In this document: piece after piece, positions 1-11,893 of the stretch | How the letters are laid out: each line of letters begins with the position of its first letter | Position numbering within the stretch: the stretch's first letter is position 1 | Assembly: GCF_001194135.2 (NCBI RefSeq) | Contig: NC_068982.1 | Coordinates: 144,943,528 to 144,989,251, forward strand | Direction of reading: 5' to 3' | Source of the DNA: Octopus bimaculoides | Taxonomy: Eukaryota | DNA: 45,724 nt | The notes under the pieces: model-generated | What the model was told of the DNA's origin: nothing | The model's input: only the letters and a program-made list of their open reading frames with translations | Database searches by the model: none | Made by a program: the position numbers and the translations under genes

Positions 1-342
1 AAAAAAAAAAAAAAAAAAAAAAAAAATGAACCTTCTACAGTACTTATTTGATCTCAGCGGTATTTGAACCTTGAACATTGAGAACCGGAGCAAAACCACA
101 AGGCATTCTATTTATCAATTCACTGTCTTTATCACTTCAACAGATTTGAAAGGTTAAATCGATCTTTATGGAAATTGAAATCAAAAGCGAATTGTGGAAA
201 TTTAAATACAGGAATACATGTACAAATTAAATGTGAAGATTTTACTGGAAATGATTTTGGATATATGAGCTAGGGTGATGAATTAACTAATAAGAGGAAT
301 CGCGAAAAAGATAAAATTCTAGCTGTATTTATTTTGATTCTT

Positions 343-420
343 TTCATTCTGAGTTCAAATTCCGCCGAGATAAACTTTGCTTCTCGTTCTTCCAGATTCG
401 ATAAACAAATGTGGGGTCGA
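343..420 (+). mobile_element. Fragment of tRNA-derived SINE family A
   Basis: ttctgagttcaaattccgccgag...tcgataaa matches the B-box/core of the fuller copies at 597-807 and 2664-3084. Confidence 0.6.
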
Positions 421-596
421 CTTAATCAACTAGTAATCTATGGGGTCGACTTAATCAACTAGTGATCTATGTCAGCAAGCAATGACCACGCTTGGTACAG
501 CAAAGACTAAGTCCCTGCCCAACTGTGGATCCTCAATGACAAGTGAAATGATACACTGGTTGGAGGACGTTGCGGTTACATTAATATTATTTATCT

Positions 597-807
597 AAGG
601 TGGTGAGTTGGCAGAAACGTTAGCACGCCGGACGAAATGCTTATCGTATTTCTTATGTCTTTATGTTCTGAGTTCAAATTCCACCGAGGTCGACTTTACC
701 TTTCATCCTTTCGGGGTCGATAAATTAAGTGCCATTTGTGTACTGGGATCGATCTAATCGACTGGCCCATTCCCCCAAAATTTCGGGCCTTGTGCCTAGA
801 GTAGAAA
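597..807 (+). mobile_element. tRNA-derived SINE family A, full length, with 19-bp target-site duplication
   Basis: A-box-like TGGCAGAAACG and B-box GTTCAAATTC. Core gtcgactttacctttcatcctttcggggtcgataaattaagt. TSD acattaatattatttatct at 578-596 and 808-826. Confidence 0.9.
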
Positions 808-827
808 ACATTAATATTATTTATCTG

Positions 828-1165
828 GACCGGGGCATGACCTAATGGTTAAGAAGTTCACTCGAGTTCGATTGTATTGTGCGACATGTTGGGCAAGTGC
901 CTTTTTTACCGTAACTTTGGATTGGCACAAGTTTTGTGAATGAAACTGGATCGACAGAAACTGTTTCGAAGCCTGTCGGTTTGATTGTGACTGTAATTCA
1001 AAGGATCGTACGTGTCACGTGAGTCAAGCTAATTTTGCTCGACAATTACATAAATACCATACGTGTGTCTGTAGAATACTCAGTCACTTCCACGTTAATC
1101 GAACGATTAGCAGGTAGGATCAAATGATCAAATAACTGAATGTTCTCATCAAGACCGACGGAGGA
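828..1165 (+). mobile_element. Degraded tRNA/CORE-type SINE (relative of family B)
   Basis: A-box-like tgacctaatgg and gagttcgatt. CORE-like ttgggcaagtg. Central gacagaaactgtttcgaagcctgtcg resembles family B gacggaaactgaaagaagcccgtcg. Confidence 0.6.
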
Positions 1166-1293
1166 GCCATCATCTACTTGTAACACCCTCTTTTTCAGCT
1201 AACACAATACATATACATTCACACATACTACCACTCACCCACACGTAGTACATGCATTCTCTTTCAAAACGGACCCCATCGAAAGAGATCACA

Positions 1294-1324
<31 letters not shown>

Positions 1325-1977
1325 GCACACNNNNNNNNNNCACACACGCGCGCGCGCGCACACACACACACACACACACATACACACACACACACATACA
1401 CACAGAGCTGGGGATCAGATTGAGACATAAATAAACCCCCTATCCACAAACAGAATTGAAGTCACGTATTGTTTGGCAATGCAGGGTTCAAGTTCTGTTG
1501 CTTATACTACCCTTTATGAAATGCATCTAGCAAAAGAATTCTATAGTTTCGATCATTTGGACCAAACTTATTTCGCTACCAGCCAACGAAAAAGCCTCTA
1601 TGTGGTTGCTCGGTATGCTAGAAACAGCAGCCAAATTACATGTAATCTTTTTTCTTGCAAAAGAAAATGACACATGAGATAATGTCGTCTGAAATAAGTT
1701 TGTCGGAAAAGTTGCGATAATCATAGTCAGAAAGCCTTTGATTGTAGGTCTGATCGATCAGGACTGGCCTGGGGCTAAACTACGACAGCCTGTTTTGTTT
1801 ACTAAAATTCTTTAAAATAACTGAGAATTGTAGATGATGGAATTGAAATAACCAGCTGGATAGCCAGCCGCAGAATTAGTGGTTCGTGTCTTACCTATGT
1901 CTCTGGGCTGTGTCCAGTCTACATAGTTACGAGTAGTACCGATTGTACTTTCTATTTCTAGTCACGTGAACTGATAC

Positions 1978-2309
1978 ATTTGTTGCTGTTTAGTTCCAGG
2001 TCAGACAACATCGTATAGATATATTATCAAACTTGTCCCAGCAACAGAACACCATTCGTTCTATAAGGACAGATGTGACCAAGTGACCGACCTGGTTATC
2101 AGATGTTGTTACACATCGCTGGTGACAATGTGCTTTTTGCATCGTTTTAGCCTTCAAATTACGTCACCCTGCTGGCTAGGTGAGCAGACCAACATTTCCC
2201 ACTGATCGAAAGAGGGACTGGAGCAACTTGAAATGACATGTTTTGCTCAAGAACACAGTGCATCGCGATCTTGAGCGAAACAGGCTAACCACTAGGCCAT
2301 GCGTCTTCA
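1978..2309 (-). mobile_element. tRNA/CORE-type SINE (family C)
   Basis: Minus-strand A box TGGCCTAGTGG (2299-2289). CORE-like tgttcttgagcaaaacatgtcatttcaagttgctccagtcc. Confidence 0.75.
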
Positions 2310-2663
2310 AGGATGTAGGACTACTTTATCTAATGTGTCCTTCCCTTAGGAAGATCTGACTGCTATTTCATATAGGGGCTTCAACTAGATATCATAAGGT
2401 GGCTATAGTTCACTGACGCTACTGTTGCTGTTTAGCTCCAACCAACCTAACAGACGTTCTAGATATAACAGTACTGATGAGTTTTCTTTGTGGTATAATG
2501 TATTTGGGATTATATTATTTAATGTGGTCATATTTCTTTTAAAGATGGTAGGGTGAAATTTCAGGGAGAATTGTTTGCTATTTCTAGACTGACCGCAAAG
2601 AAACACTCTCGATATCACAAATTTGCTGATGTAAGCAGTGGTAGCATAATATAATTGATGTGT

Positions 2664-3084
2664 ACGGCGGCGAGCTGGCAGAAACGTTAGCATTCCGGCC
2701 TAAATGCTTAGCAGTATTTCGTCTGCCGTTACGTTCTGAGTTCAAATTCCGCCGAGGTCGACTTTGTCTTTCATCCTTTCGGGATCGATAAATTAAGTAC
2801 CAGTTACGCACTGGGGTCGATGTAATCGACCTAATCCCTTTGTCTGTCCTTGTTTGTCGTCTCTATGTTTAGCCCCTTGTGGGCAATAAAGAAATAAGAA
2901 ACGTTAGCACGCCGGCGAAATGCTTAGCGGTATTTCGTCTGTCTTTACATTCTGAGTTCAAATTCCGCAGAGGTCGACTTTGCCTTTCATCCTTTCGGAG
3001 TCGATAAATTAAGTACCAGTTGCGTACTGAGGTCGATCTGATCGACTGGCCCCCAAAATTTCAGGCCTTGTGTCTAGAGTAGAA
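2664..3084 (+). mobile_element. Head-to-tail dimer of family A SINE bracketed by a single 16-bp TSD
   Basis: Two copies of agaaacgttagca...gttcaaattccg...gtcgataaattaagtaccagtt (about 2666-2895 and 2896-3084) with different tails. TSD aatataattgatgtgt at 2648-2663 and 3085-3100. Confidence 0.88.
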
Positions 3085-3671
3085 AATATAATTGATGTGT
3101 GTTTCGTTAACTTTGAGTGCTGAGTTCAACACCTCATAGAAGAAAGTTATATTACAACACAGACTTTCTCGTCTGAGAGACACAAAAACTGATCACTCTT
3201 TCGTTGGCAATCTGTGTTTGTTTGAAGATGATCAAGACTGTATCTTTACCTATATTTGGACATGATTATATAACATGCCTCTGCTTAGATTTCAGTTCAT
3301 CTACATCTCTCAGCTTTCCTTGTCTTCTACCAACTATTCAAGTTTATCTTTCCACTTCGCCTCACACAAATATCTAAACATGTTGTTTAAAGCAAGTTAA
3401 GTGTGTAGATGTTGTTGTTTAGTTCCCAGCTGAGACATATGATCAAAAGTGTTTTAACCGTGTCAATAATCTTTTTTGTCAGACATAGTGTGTATCTATG
3501 ACTATATTATCCAACACACCTTTTCTATTTTTAGATTTGGCTGCTGTTTCTGGCATGTCGAGCGACCACGTAGAGGCTAGTTCATTTGTTCGTGTATATA
3601 TGTTTTTCTCTCTCCCTGCCTCCCTCTCTCTCTTGTCTATCCGTCTCTCTGTTACTCCCCCTCTCTCTCTG

Positions 3672-3708
<37 letters not shown>

Positions 3709-4459
3709 NNNNNNNNNNNNNNNNNNNNNNNNNNNNNNNNNNNNNNNNNNNNNNNNNNNNNNNNNNNNNNNNNNNNNNNNNNNNNNNNNNNNNNNNNNNN
3801 NNNNNNNNNNNNNNNNNNNNNNNNNNNNNNNNNNNNNNNNNNNNNNNNNNNNNNNNNNNNNNNNNNNNNNNNNNNNNNNNNNNNNNNNNNNNNNNNNNNN
3901 NNNNNNNNNNNNNNNNNNNNNNNNNNNNNNNNNNNNNNNNNNNNNNNNNNNNNNNNNNNNNNNNNNNNNNNNNNNNNNNNNNNNNNNNNNNNNNNNNNNN
4001 NNNNNNNNNNNNNNNNNNNNNNNNNNNNNNNNNNNNNNNNNNNNNNNNNNNNNNNNNNNNNNNNNNNNNNNNNNNNNNNNNNNNNNNNNNNNNNNNNNNN
4101 NNNNNNNNNNNNNNNNNNNNNNNNNNNNNNNNNNNNNNNNNNNNNNNNNNNNNNNNNNNNNNNNNNNNNNNNNNNNNNNNNNNNNNNNNNNNNNNNNNNN
4201 NNNNNNNNNNNNNNNNNNNNNNNNNNNNNNNNNNNNNNNNNNNNNNNNNNNNNNNNNNNNNNNNNNNNNNNNNNNNNNNNNNNNNNNNNNNNNNNNNNNN
4301 NNNNNNNNNNNNNNNNNNNNNNNNNNNNNNNNNNNNNNNNNNNNNNNNNNNNNNNNNNNNNNNNNNNNNNNNNNNNNNNNNNNNNNNNNNNNNNNNNNNN
4401 NNNNNNNNNNNNNNNNNNNNNNNNNNNNNNNNNNNNNNNNNNNNNNNNNNNNNNNNNNN

Positions 4460-4492
<33 letters not shown>

Positions 4493-4559
4493 GACACACA
4501 GACACACACACACACACACATACACACACACACATACACGCACACGCAAACGCCCACGC

Positions 4560-4596
<37 letters not shown>

Positions 4597-5597
4597 CAGA
4601 TAGTGAGAGCGAGAGAGACAGAAAAAAAGCGGGAGATAGAAAGACATTTAATTTACTCTCAGTAAGCTGAGATGTTTCCCCTCTCTTCGAAATCACTAAT
4701 TATAAGAATTAAAACTGATTAATGATCAATTTGCAATTATTTCCTCACACTCGTTTTCCATTTTCACAGTATCGACACTGTGCCAATTCATGCAATTTAC
4801 GCCTTAAATTATAAACATATTTTCAGTCTTACCACTATGTACACGCATGCGCACATACGCACACATAGATACATACAGGCATGGATACATACATACATAC
4901 ATACACACACAAACATATATATATATATATAAACACATGCGCGACAGGATTGAAGAAAAATCCCTCAAGGAATCGTTTTGCATACTAAACTCACGTGCAC
5001 TAGTTTCTTCCTCTTCTGTTTACTCTCTGTTTCTATTTCAGTCTCTCTCTCTCACACACATATACATACCGATATGCAAAAAACATACACACACACATAT
5101 ACATATACACACACACACATGTATATATATATATACACATACACACACATATAAATGTATTTACACATATATGTATGCATGTAGGAAAGTATGTATATAT
5201 GCACACACACACACATATATATATATGTATAGATATGTATGTATATACATACACACACAAACACACACACGTATCCCACCACATAAACATATATAGCTAT
5301 ATATTGATGTGTGTTTGCGTGTGCATATTGCAGTATGGGCGGTATCTATATCTGACTTTTCAAATAACAAAAAATTCTCTATGTTTAATTAGCTAAAAAG
5401 TAATATTTATTTTGAAAGCAGTATTTAGCCAATTATATACAAAATATTTAAATAAACTATTTGCACATCTGTCATTGTAAGACTGAAAAGTTTTGTCATA
5501 TCTGATTACAAATTAACACTGAATATTTTGCAGTACAAAAGTAACGATTCAGAAGTAAATAAACTATTTTCGTTTTTTCATGAAGATTAATGGAAAT

Positions 5598-5706
<109 letters not shown>

Positions 5707-5879
5707 TGCGTGTAATATATATATATATATGTCATATCTATATACATAAATGTAATAAATATATGCATATATATAATACTCACACACAAATATATATGAC
5801 ATATTTATATACATACATATTTATGCTTATATATATATACGCATATATATATATATATATATATATATANNNNNNNNNN

Positions 5880-5919
<40 letters not shown>

Positions 5920-6229
5920 TATTCTTATGCCTATAAATTCACATGCATATACAAATACACATGCATTCACAAACGCGCACTCAGATTAAGTCGATAAAAT
6001 ACATACATACACAATATACACACATGCGTATATGTGTGCGTGTGAGTGTGTGTGTATGTCTATATGTATATATATGTGTGTGTGTGTTTGTATTTGTATG
6101 TGAGTCTGAGTGTGTGTGCGTGTGTGTGCTCATGCGTGCGTGTATATGCAAGCGCCAAGACATGTGGTTAGATGCATCCGTTGATTTACTCACGAATAAA
6201 AATATCCTTTTAAATATAGTAATATCCCT

Positions 6230-6870
6230 ATCTCTCACTCTATTACTCAATCACTCATTGATCCCTACTCACTCATTGAATCCTATTTACACTTTAACCC
6301 TTCTACTTACTCATTTACCTGTCACTCACTGACCCATTCATCACCCAATCTCTGTCTCTCTCTCATACATACCGCTACTCAGCCACTAACTTTCCTCCTC
6401 ATTTCTCACTGACTGACTGACTGACTCACTCACTGACTGACTGACTCACTCACTGACTGACTCACTCACTGATTGAATCACTCACTCACTCTCTCACTCA
6501 CTCACTTATTCGCTCATTCACTCACTCACAGCCATCTGTTCTTACATCCACTCATCCACTCTCACTTATTTACCCAACCTCACTCTCACTCACTTGTCTT
6601 TCCTCATTCATCTACCCTCATATTCACTTACCTACACTTACATTTCCTCACACTCGCTGTCGTCACACTTACCTACCACCACGCTCACTTGGAGGTTTTC
6701 ATATTCCCCCACTCAAAATCATACTCTCTCCTTACACATGCCCATTTAGTTACCCGCATACTCACTCTCTTATCTGTCCTTACACTCATCCACCTGTACC
6801 CACACTCACTCATTCGCCTGCTCTCACATTTATCTACTAGACTCTCTACTCTGGATGTTTACTCTCACTC
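6230..6870. repeat. Degenerate (ACTC)n/(ACTG)n low-complexity tract just 3' of the receptor stop codon
   Basis: Repeated actc/ctca/actg units. Explains the His/Ser/Leu/Thr-rich spurious ORF 6473-7093. Confidence 0.85.
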
Positions 6871-6921
6871 AATGGCTAAAGCAAGTGTCTCTATGTATCT
6901 CGGCTTAAGAAGTGATCTCCC

Positions 6922-6927
6922 TTTATT
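6922..6927 (-). promoter_or_regulatory. Candidate polyadenylation signal AATAAA of the receptor gene
   Basis: AATAAA on the minus strand about 100 nt downstream of the stop. AATAAA is common in AT-rich DNA, so this is weak. Confidence 0.25.
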
Positions 6928-7029
6928 ATTGTTATTTTTACTATACTTTAACGTCATTTTTTGTTTTAAATATAATTTTCTTTCTTCATTTCATTTCTGT
7001 CATTTTCTTCCCTGTCGTTTTTCTGCTTT

Positions 7030-7282
7030 CTACAAATATTCATCGTCTGCCGCTGGATCGTCTTTACTATTCTGCTTCCAATCCGTTTCTTGAATTGTTT
7101 CCGGACTATTGTATGATTCCTCCATATTCTCCACGGTAGTGTGCATCAAGGAGCCATTTCGGTTGACACCCTTTGTATCCGACATACTCATTGAAAGAGT
7201 CATGTTACGATCAGGGCGTCTCTTTTTTTGTACATGTACACAAGGAAAAATGCAGAAGACCAGTTTGAAACCTTGACGGAAC
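7030..7282 (-). CDS. TACR: Tachykinin receptor terminal coding exon (helix 8 + C-tail + TAG), 253 bp
   Basis: Acceptor ttcttcttcttattcAG|G TTC CGT CAA GGT TTC. The first G completes the split Arg codon (CG|G). Reads FRQGFKLVFCIFPCVHVQKKRRPDRNMTLSMSMSDTKGVNRNGSLMHTTVENMEESYNSPETIQETDWKQNSKDDPAADDEYL*. Missed by the supplied ORF track. Confidence 0.93.
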
Positions 7283-7594
7283 CTGAATAAGAAGAAGAAT
7301 TAAAATTTAGAATAACGAAACAGAGAAAAATCATTAAGTAAATGATAATTTCATAAATATATATCTATTGAAAGCTGTCAAGGTCTTGCAAGAACTAGGT
7401 ATATAAACAGAGGGGAAGATGGGTAAAATGATAGGTGGGTAGGTAGGAAGGTAGGTAGGTAGGTAGGTAGGTAGGTAGGTAGGTAAGTAGAGAGGAATAT
7501 GGCTCAAATGATAGGTAGGTAGGTAAGCAGGTAGGTAGATATAAGGCGATGCAGAAAGATAAAGTACGATAAAGAGTGAGAGGTGGAGATGGAT

Positions 7595-7990
7595 ATCTTT
7601 TATCTTTTACTTGTTTCAGCCATGCTGGGGCACCACGTTGAAGAATTTTTAGTCGAATGAATGGAACTCGGTACTTACTTTTTTTTTGCAAGGCCTGGTA
7701 CTTATTCTATCGGCCTCTTTTACCTAACCGCTAAGTTACGAGAGCATAAATACACCAACACCTGTTGTCAAGCGGTGGTGAGGGACAAACACAGACACAA
7801 ACACGCACACGCACACTTTCAGACACACACATACGACGGGCTTCTTTCAGTTTCTGTCTGCCAAATTCACTCACAATGCTTTGGTCGGCCCGAGGCTATA
7901 GTAGAAAACATTTGCCCAAGGTTCCACTCAATGGGACTGAACCCGGAATCATATTGTTGGAAAGCAAGCTTCTTACCACACAGTCACATA
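7595..7990 (-). mobile_element. tRNA/CORE-type SINE family B with internal (CA)n and CR1-group LINE-like 3' tail
   Basis: Matches copies at 30174-30568, 41693-41990, 41190-41325 and 45343-45540 (gacgggcttctttcagtttc; ttattctatcgg; tail catgctggggcaccac). Confidence 0.85.
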
Positions 7991-9216
7991 TCACCCAGCC
8001 TTAAAAATTACTGGTACTTATCTAAACGGCTTCGAGATATTGAAAAAAAAGCAAACTTAATTGATACGTGAAATCTTTCAGACTTACAGCTTTCAGGCAG
8101 TTGTCTGTTGCTCCATCATGCTTTAATCCCAGTTTTAATTAATGTATTTGTTACATCACGTTTTAATCTCCTCTATATTACTCAGTATCTTAATCTCTGT
8201 TCATGTACATCAGACCAGTATATTGCATTCTGATTTGTCCTATCCCCTATTGGTCATCAAATATCTTTTAAACACACACACATATACACACACACACGTA
8301 CACATCTCTACATCTCTGTAGTTATTATAAATCTTGTATGTTAACGGTCGTTTACAAAATATAATCAGGAGAATCTCCTAAAACTTCAGCAAATAGCTAG
8401 GTAGGAAATACTCCACATGAAAACCACATAACATTTTTCAGAATTAAAGCAAATGTTCTTATTCCTAGCTAATGAACATTTTTATACAAGATATTCAGTC
8501 ATTCTCACCATTGTCATGCTCGTGTCTTGTGACTCTCAAAATGTCATTTAAATGTGGGCAAGTCGTCCAAACTGCTTACAAGTGGTTCTCATTACATTTA
8601 TGCTTTTCTTCACCTTTTCGCTCTTTGGAGACTTAGTATCTAAGCTGGAAGGAGGGCGATGCTCTTAAAATTGTTTTCAAGCGTAAAAAAGCCTGATTTG
8701 TCCTTTTGAATAAAGAGACTCACAACAGATATGGTTCAGTAATTTCTCGAAATGTTTATAATATAGCTGTTTCGTAATTTTTCTTCGTATTATAAATTAT
8801 TTGATGAACTTCACTTTCGGACAGTAGGAGGATACTTTTGTTTTAAAACATCTAAAAGCTGGATATTTTGTCTTAAAACATCTAAAGTTCAAACTAATCT
8901 GTCATTGCAACTAGTTTTGGACAATTCCACGTTATAATCTTCGAAGTGATCAGGATATTTTCGACTATTTGTAAACAATACAGAAAATCTAGATTCATCA
9001 CCGTTTCATGTTAGAAGTATCATCTGACAGAACAACTGTTGAAACATTAGTTGACCCTGTATAGGTGTCCAGTCGAGAGAGTAGTTCAAATGAGCGTGTT
9101 ATGCAGTTATTGATGAGGTGTGTGAAACAGACAATAGGTTAAAAATATATTAAGCGTTAACTGCTGATTGCGCTAAATTAAACTTACTCTGTTACACATG
9201 TATTCACACACACACA

Positions 9217-9310
<94 letters not shown>

Positions 9311-9649
9311 TATAGTACAGGGTTTTTAAATTGCATGCACACGCACATTAGTCAATCAAATTCCAAACTGATTTTCACATTATATTTTTTATATTTCTAC
9401 AATTTTGCACTATTACAATTACTTTCGTGTTTTTGCTATTAACAATCTTCAGGTAAATGCTTACAGAGTAGGAGCATTAACAAACTAATGTGCATTACAT
9501 TTGACAACTGTAGTGAAACGTTCAAATTCTTTAAATCGTAACGGTTTGATGGATGCGGTAACAGTTGACATTGATGGCGTTTATCTATACTATAGATTCT
9601 ATTGTATCATTTTAACTAATCAGAAGCAACTCTTCAGATTAATGATTCT

Positions 9650-10432
9650 TTCATTTATTTTATTACTATTGTAATTATTAAGGTCACTACCTGGAATCGA
9701 ACTCATAATCTTGGGGTTAGTACGCCATATGCAATTATGGAGTGAATTTTAGTTTAGGGCTTATAAATCTAATATTTTCTTATCCTCCCTGAATACCGGT
9801 TCCCATTTGCTACTCATATCTGCACTCGGTCTGCTTAGGAGGTTGTTGTGTCGTAGAATTTGTGCTGCTTCTTTTAGTTTTCGTCGTTTCCAGTGGTGTT
9901 CTCTGTCTATTATTTTAAAATCATCCCACAGGGGGAGGTGGTTTCCATTTTTCCATATATGATCCCCTATACCCGATTTATCAATATCTCCTCGTGTCAC
10001 AGCTTTGCGATGTTCGTCTACCCTTTTTTTGAGGGAGCGGCATGTTTCGCCTTTGTTTCACCCGCCACAACTGCATGGGATGGAGTACACGCAGTCTTTG
10101 ATCATATTTTCTTCTATTGGTGGTTTTACTCGAAGGAGATATTTGCGAAGTGTTGTATTACTCTTGAATACTGTCCTGATTTCAAATGGGCCGCATATCT
10201 TTTGTATCTTTTCGGAGAGGCCTTTCACGTAGGGTAGACAGACTGTGAACAGTTTATTGGTTTCCTCCTATCTTTTCTTCATAATTGGAGTGGATAGTTT
10301 GTTTTTGGGTTAGTTGTTGCTTAATAAATTGTTATTGAGCTTGATCATTTCTTCATTGTGTGTATCACGATCGCTACTTATATTCTTTGCTCGATGTTTT
10401 AGGCCCTGAGCAATTCCTCTCTTTACACTGTA
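9650..10432 (-). mobile_element. 5'-truncated Penelope-like element: RT thumb + GIY-YIG endonuclease pseudogene + start of pseudo-LTR
   Basis: Minus frames read HSVKRGIAQGLKHRA...LPYVKGLSEKIQKICGPFEIRTVFKSNTTLRKYL...CVYSIPCSCGG*NKGETCRSLKKRVDEHRKAVTRGDIDKSGIGDHIW...IIDREHHWKRRKLKEA, the typical PLE GIY-YIG region (VYxIPC..YxGET.R.L..R..EH). Has stops and frameshifts. Confidence 0.9.
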
Positions 10433-10447
10433 TTCCAGGCAGTGACC

Positions 10448-10486
<39 letters not shown>

Positions 10487-10620
10487 TTGAATGAGAACCC
10501 AGGTTCAAAATTTTCCCAAGACACCTAATGAAGGCTGGAGGGTATATCAGCCGAAACGTTGTGTTAGCAACAAAGATGAGGACAAATATCCGTCAAATGT
10601 AAATAATGTAAGTAATAATT
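10432..10620 (+). mobile_element. Inverted pseudo-LTR of the adjacent Penelope element, carrying a minimal hammerhead motif
   Basis: 10432-10455 is the reverse complement of 9674-9697 (23/24 identical). Hammerhead motif at 10520-10565. Confidence 0.8.
10520..10565 (+). ncRNA. Minimal type-I hammerhead ribozyme motif, probably inactivated (G5>A)
   Basis: Stem I GACAC/GTGTT; core CTAATGA (consensus CUGANGA) plus an extra A; stem II GGCTG/CAGCC; GAAA; palindromic ACGT stem III; UH. Confidence 0.75.
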
Positions 10621-10639
10621 CCTTCTACAATAGGTAGAT

Positions 10640-10800
10640 GGCTTGAAATTTAGTGGGTGAGGTATAGTCGATTAGATCGACCTCAGTGCTCAGCTGGTAC
10701 GTATTTTATCGACCGCGAAAGATTGAAAGCAGAATTTGAACTCAGAACGCAAAGACGGACAAAATGCTGCTGCTAACCATTCTGCCACCTCTCACCGCTT
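10640..10800 (-). mobile_element. Family A SINE, internally deleted
   Basis: Reverse complement of gttctgagttcaaattc, gtcgataaaata and tggcagaatggttagca. Confidence 0.75.
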
Positions 10801-10814
10801 TACGCTGTCCATTA

Positions 10815-11789
10815 ATAACACGTAAAGGCAAAAAAGCTGCTGAGGCTCTCAAAGCTTATGGTGTTGATTGCTTAATAGAACTCACGCCAGAAATAGTTTT
10901 AAAAATTCCGTTCTGGAGATTTTTCACTCAAAGATGACCAACATTCTGGTCGACCTACTGAAGTTGATGACCGAATCAAAGTCATAATTGAAGCTGATTG
11001 TCATATAACTGTGCAAGAGATTGCAGCGAGGTTAAATGTATCATACATAACAGTTGAAAATCACTTTAAATGTCTTGGACTCGTTGAGAAGCTCGATATT
11101 TGGGTTCCACATAAATTGAGAGAGATTCATTTAACACAACGAATTAATATTTGCGACATGCATCTCAAACGCAATGACATCAATCGAAAACGATCATGGT
11201 CCAAGCGTAATGAACCAGCACAAACCACATCGAAAGGTGAATTGCATCAAAAAAGGTCATGCTGTCAATTTGGTGGGATTACAAAGGTGTTGTGTATTTT
11301 GAGCTGCTTCCAAGGAACCAAACAATCAATTCAGATGTTTACTCTCAAACTGGAGGAAGGAATAAAAGAAAAACGGCGAGAATTGGCAAATCGTAAAAAA
11401 ATCGTGTTCCCCCATGACAACGCTAGACCACACACATCTTTGCCAACTCGTGAAAAGTTATTGGAGCTTGGTTGGGAAGTGATGTCACATCCACCATATA
11501 GCCCTAATCTTGCACCACCAGATTACCATATATTTCGAAGTTTGCAAAATTCTTTGAGTGGTAAAACTTTCAATAATGATGATGATCTGAAATCGCACTT
11601 GCTTCAGTTTTTGGCTGATAAGAACCAGAAGTTCTATGAGTGCGGAATCATGAAGTTGCCAGAAAGATGGCAAAAGGCCATTGAACAAAATGGAAAATAT
11701 ATAATTGATTGAAGTTCATTCTTTGTATGAAAAAAAAAAAGACTTTTATTTCACACTAGAAAACTGAAATTACTTTCTTGCCAACCCAA
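10815..11789 (+). mobile_element. Mariner (D,D34D) transposon, 5'-truncated, transposase pseudogene with intact 3' TIR + TA
   Basis: Motifs SGRPTEVD, KLDIWVPHKL, HDNARPH and PPYSPNLAPPDYHIFRSLQNSL, ending GKYIID*. A deletion after RNDI removes the TGDEKW catalytic Asp, and there are frameshifts. 3' TIR aattactttcttgccaacccaa (about 11768-11789) followed by TA. Confidence 0.95.
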
Positions 11790-11893
11790 TATATACACAG
11801 ACATACATGTACACATCTGCATACACACATGCACACACACATATACATACGCATTCACACACATTTTCGAAGACGATTTTATATATATTTAAT

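Noticed and set aside
412-470. Tandem duplications of about 30 bp (412-470; also about 8829-8888)
   Set aside because: Only two units with no spacers, so not CRISPR-like. These are ordinary local slippage duplications, the first derived from a SINE tail.
1289-1400. Duplicated (CA)n(CG)n(CA)n block on either side of a 10-N gap; likewise the 21-bp direct repeat at 39219-39239/39288-39308 beside a gap
   Set aside because: Duplications abutting scaffold gaps are likely unmerged contig overlaps.
597-3084. tRNA-like A/B boxes as possible tRNA genes
   Set aside because: They do not fold into cloverleaves and they continue into SINE bodies with TSDs.
8990-9140. Short minus frame ...SRLDTYTGSTNVSTVV..., faintly like the NK1 C-tail
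   Set aside because: It is preceded by a stop and lacks FRxGF. The real terminal exon is at 7282-7030.
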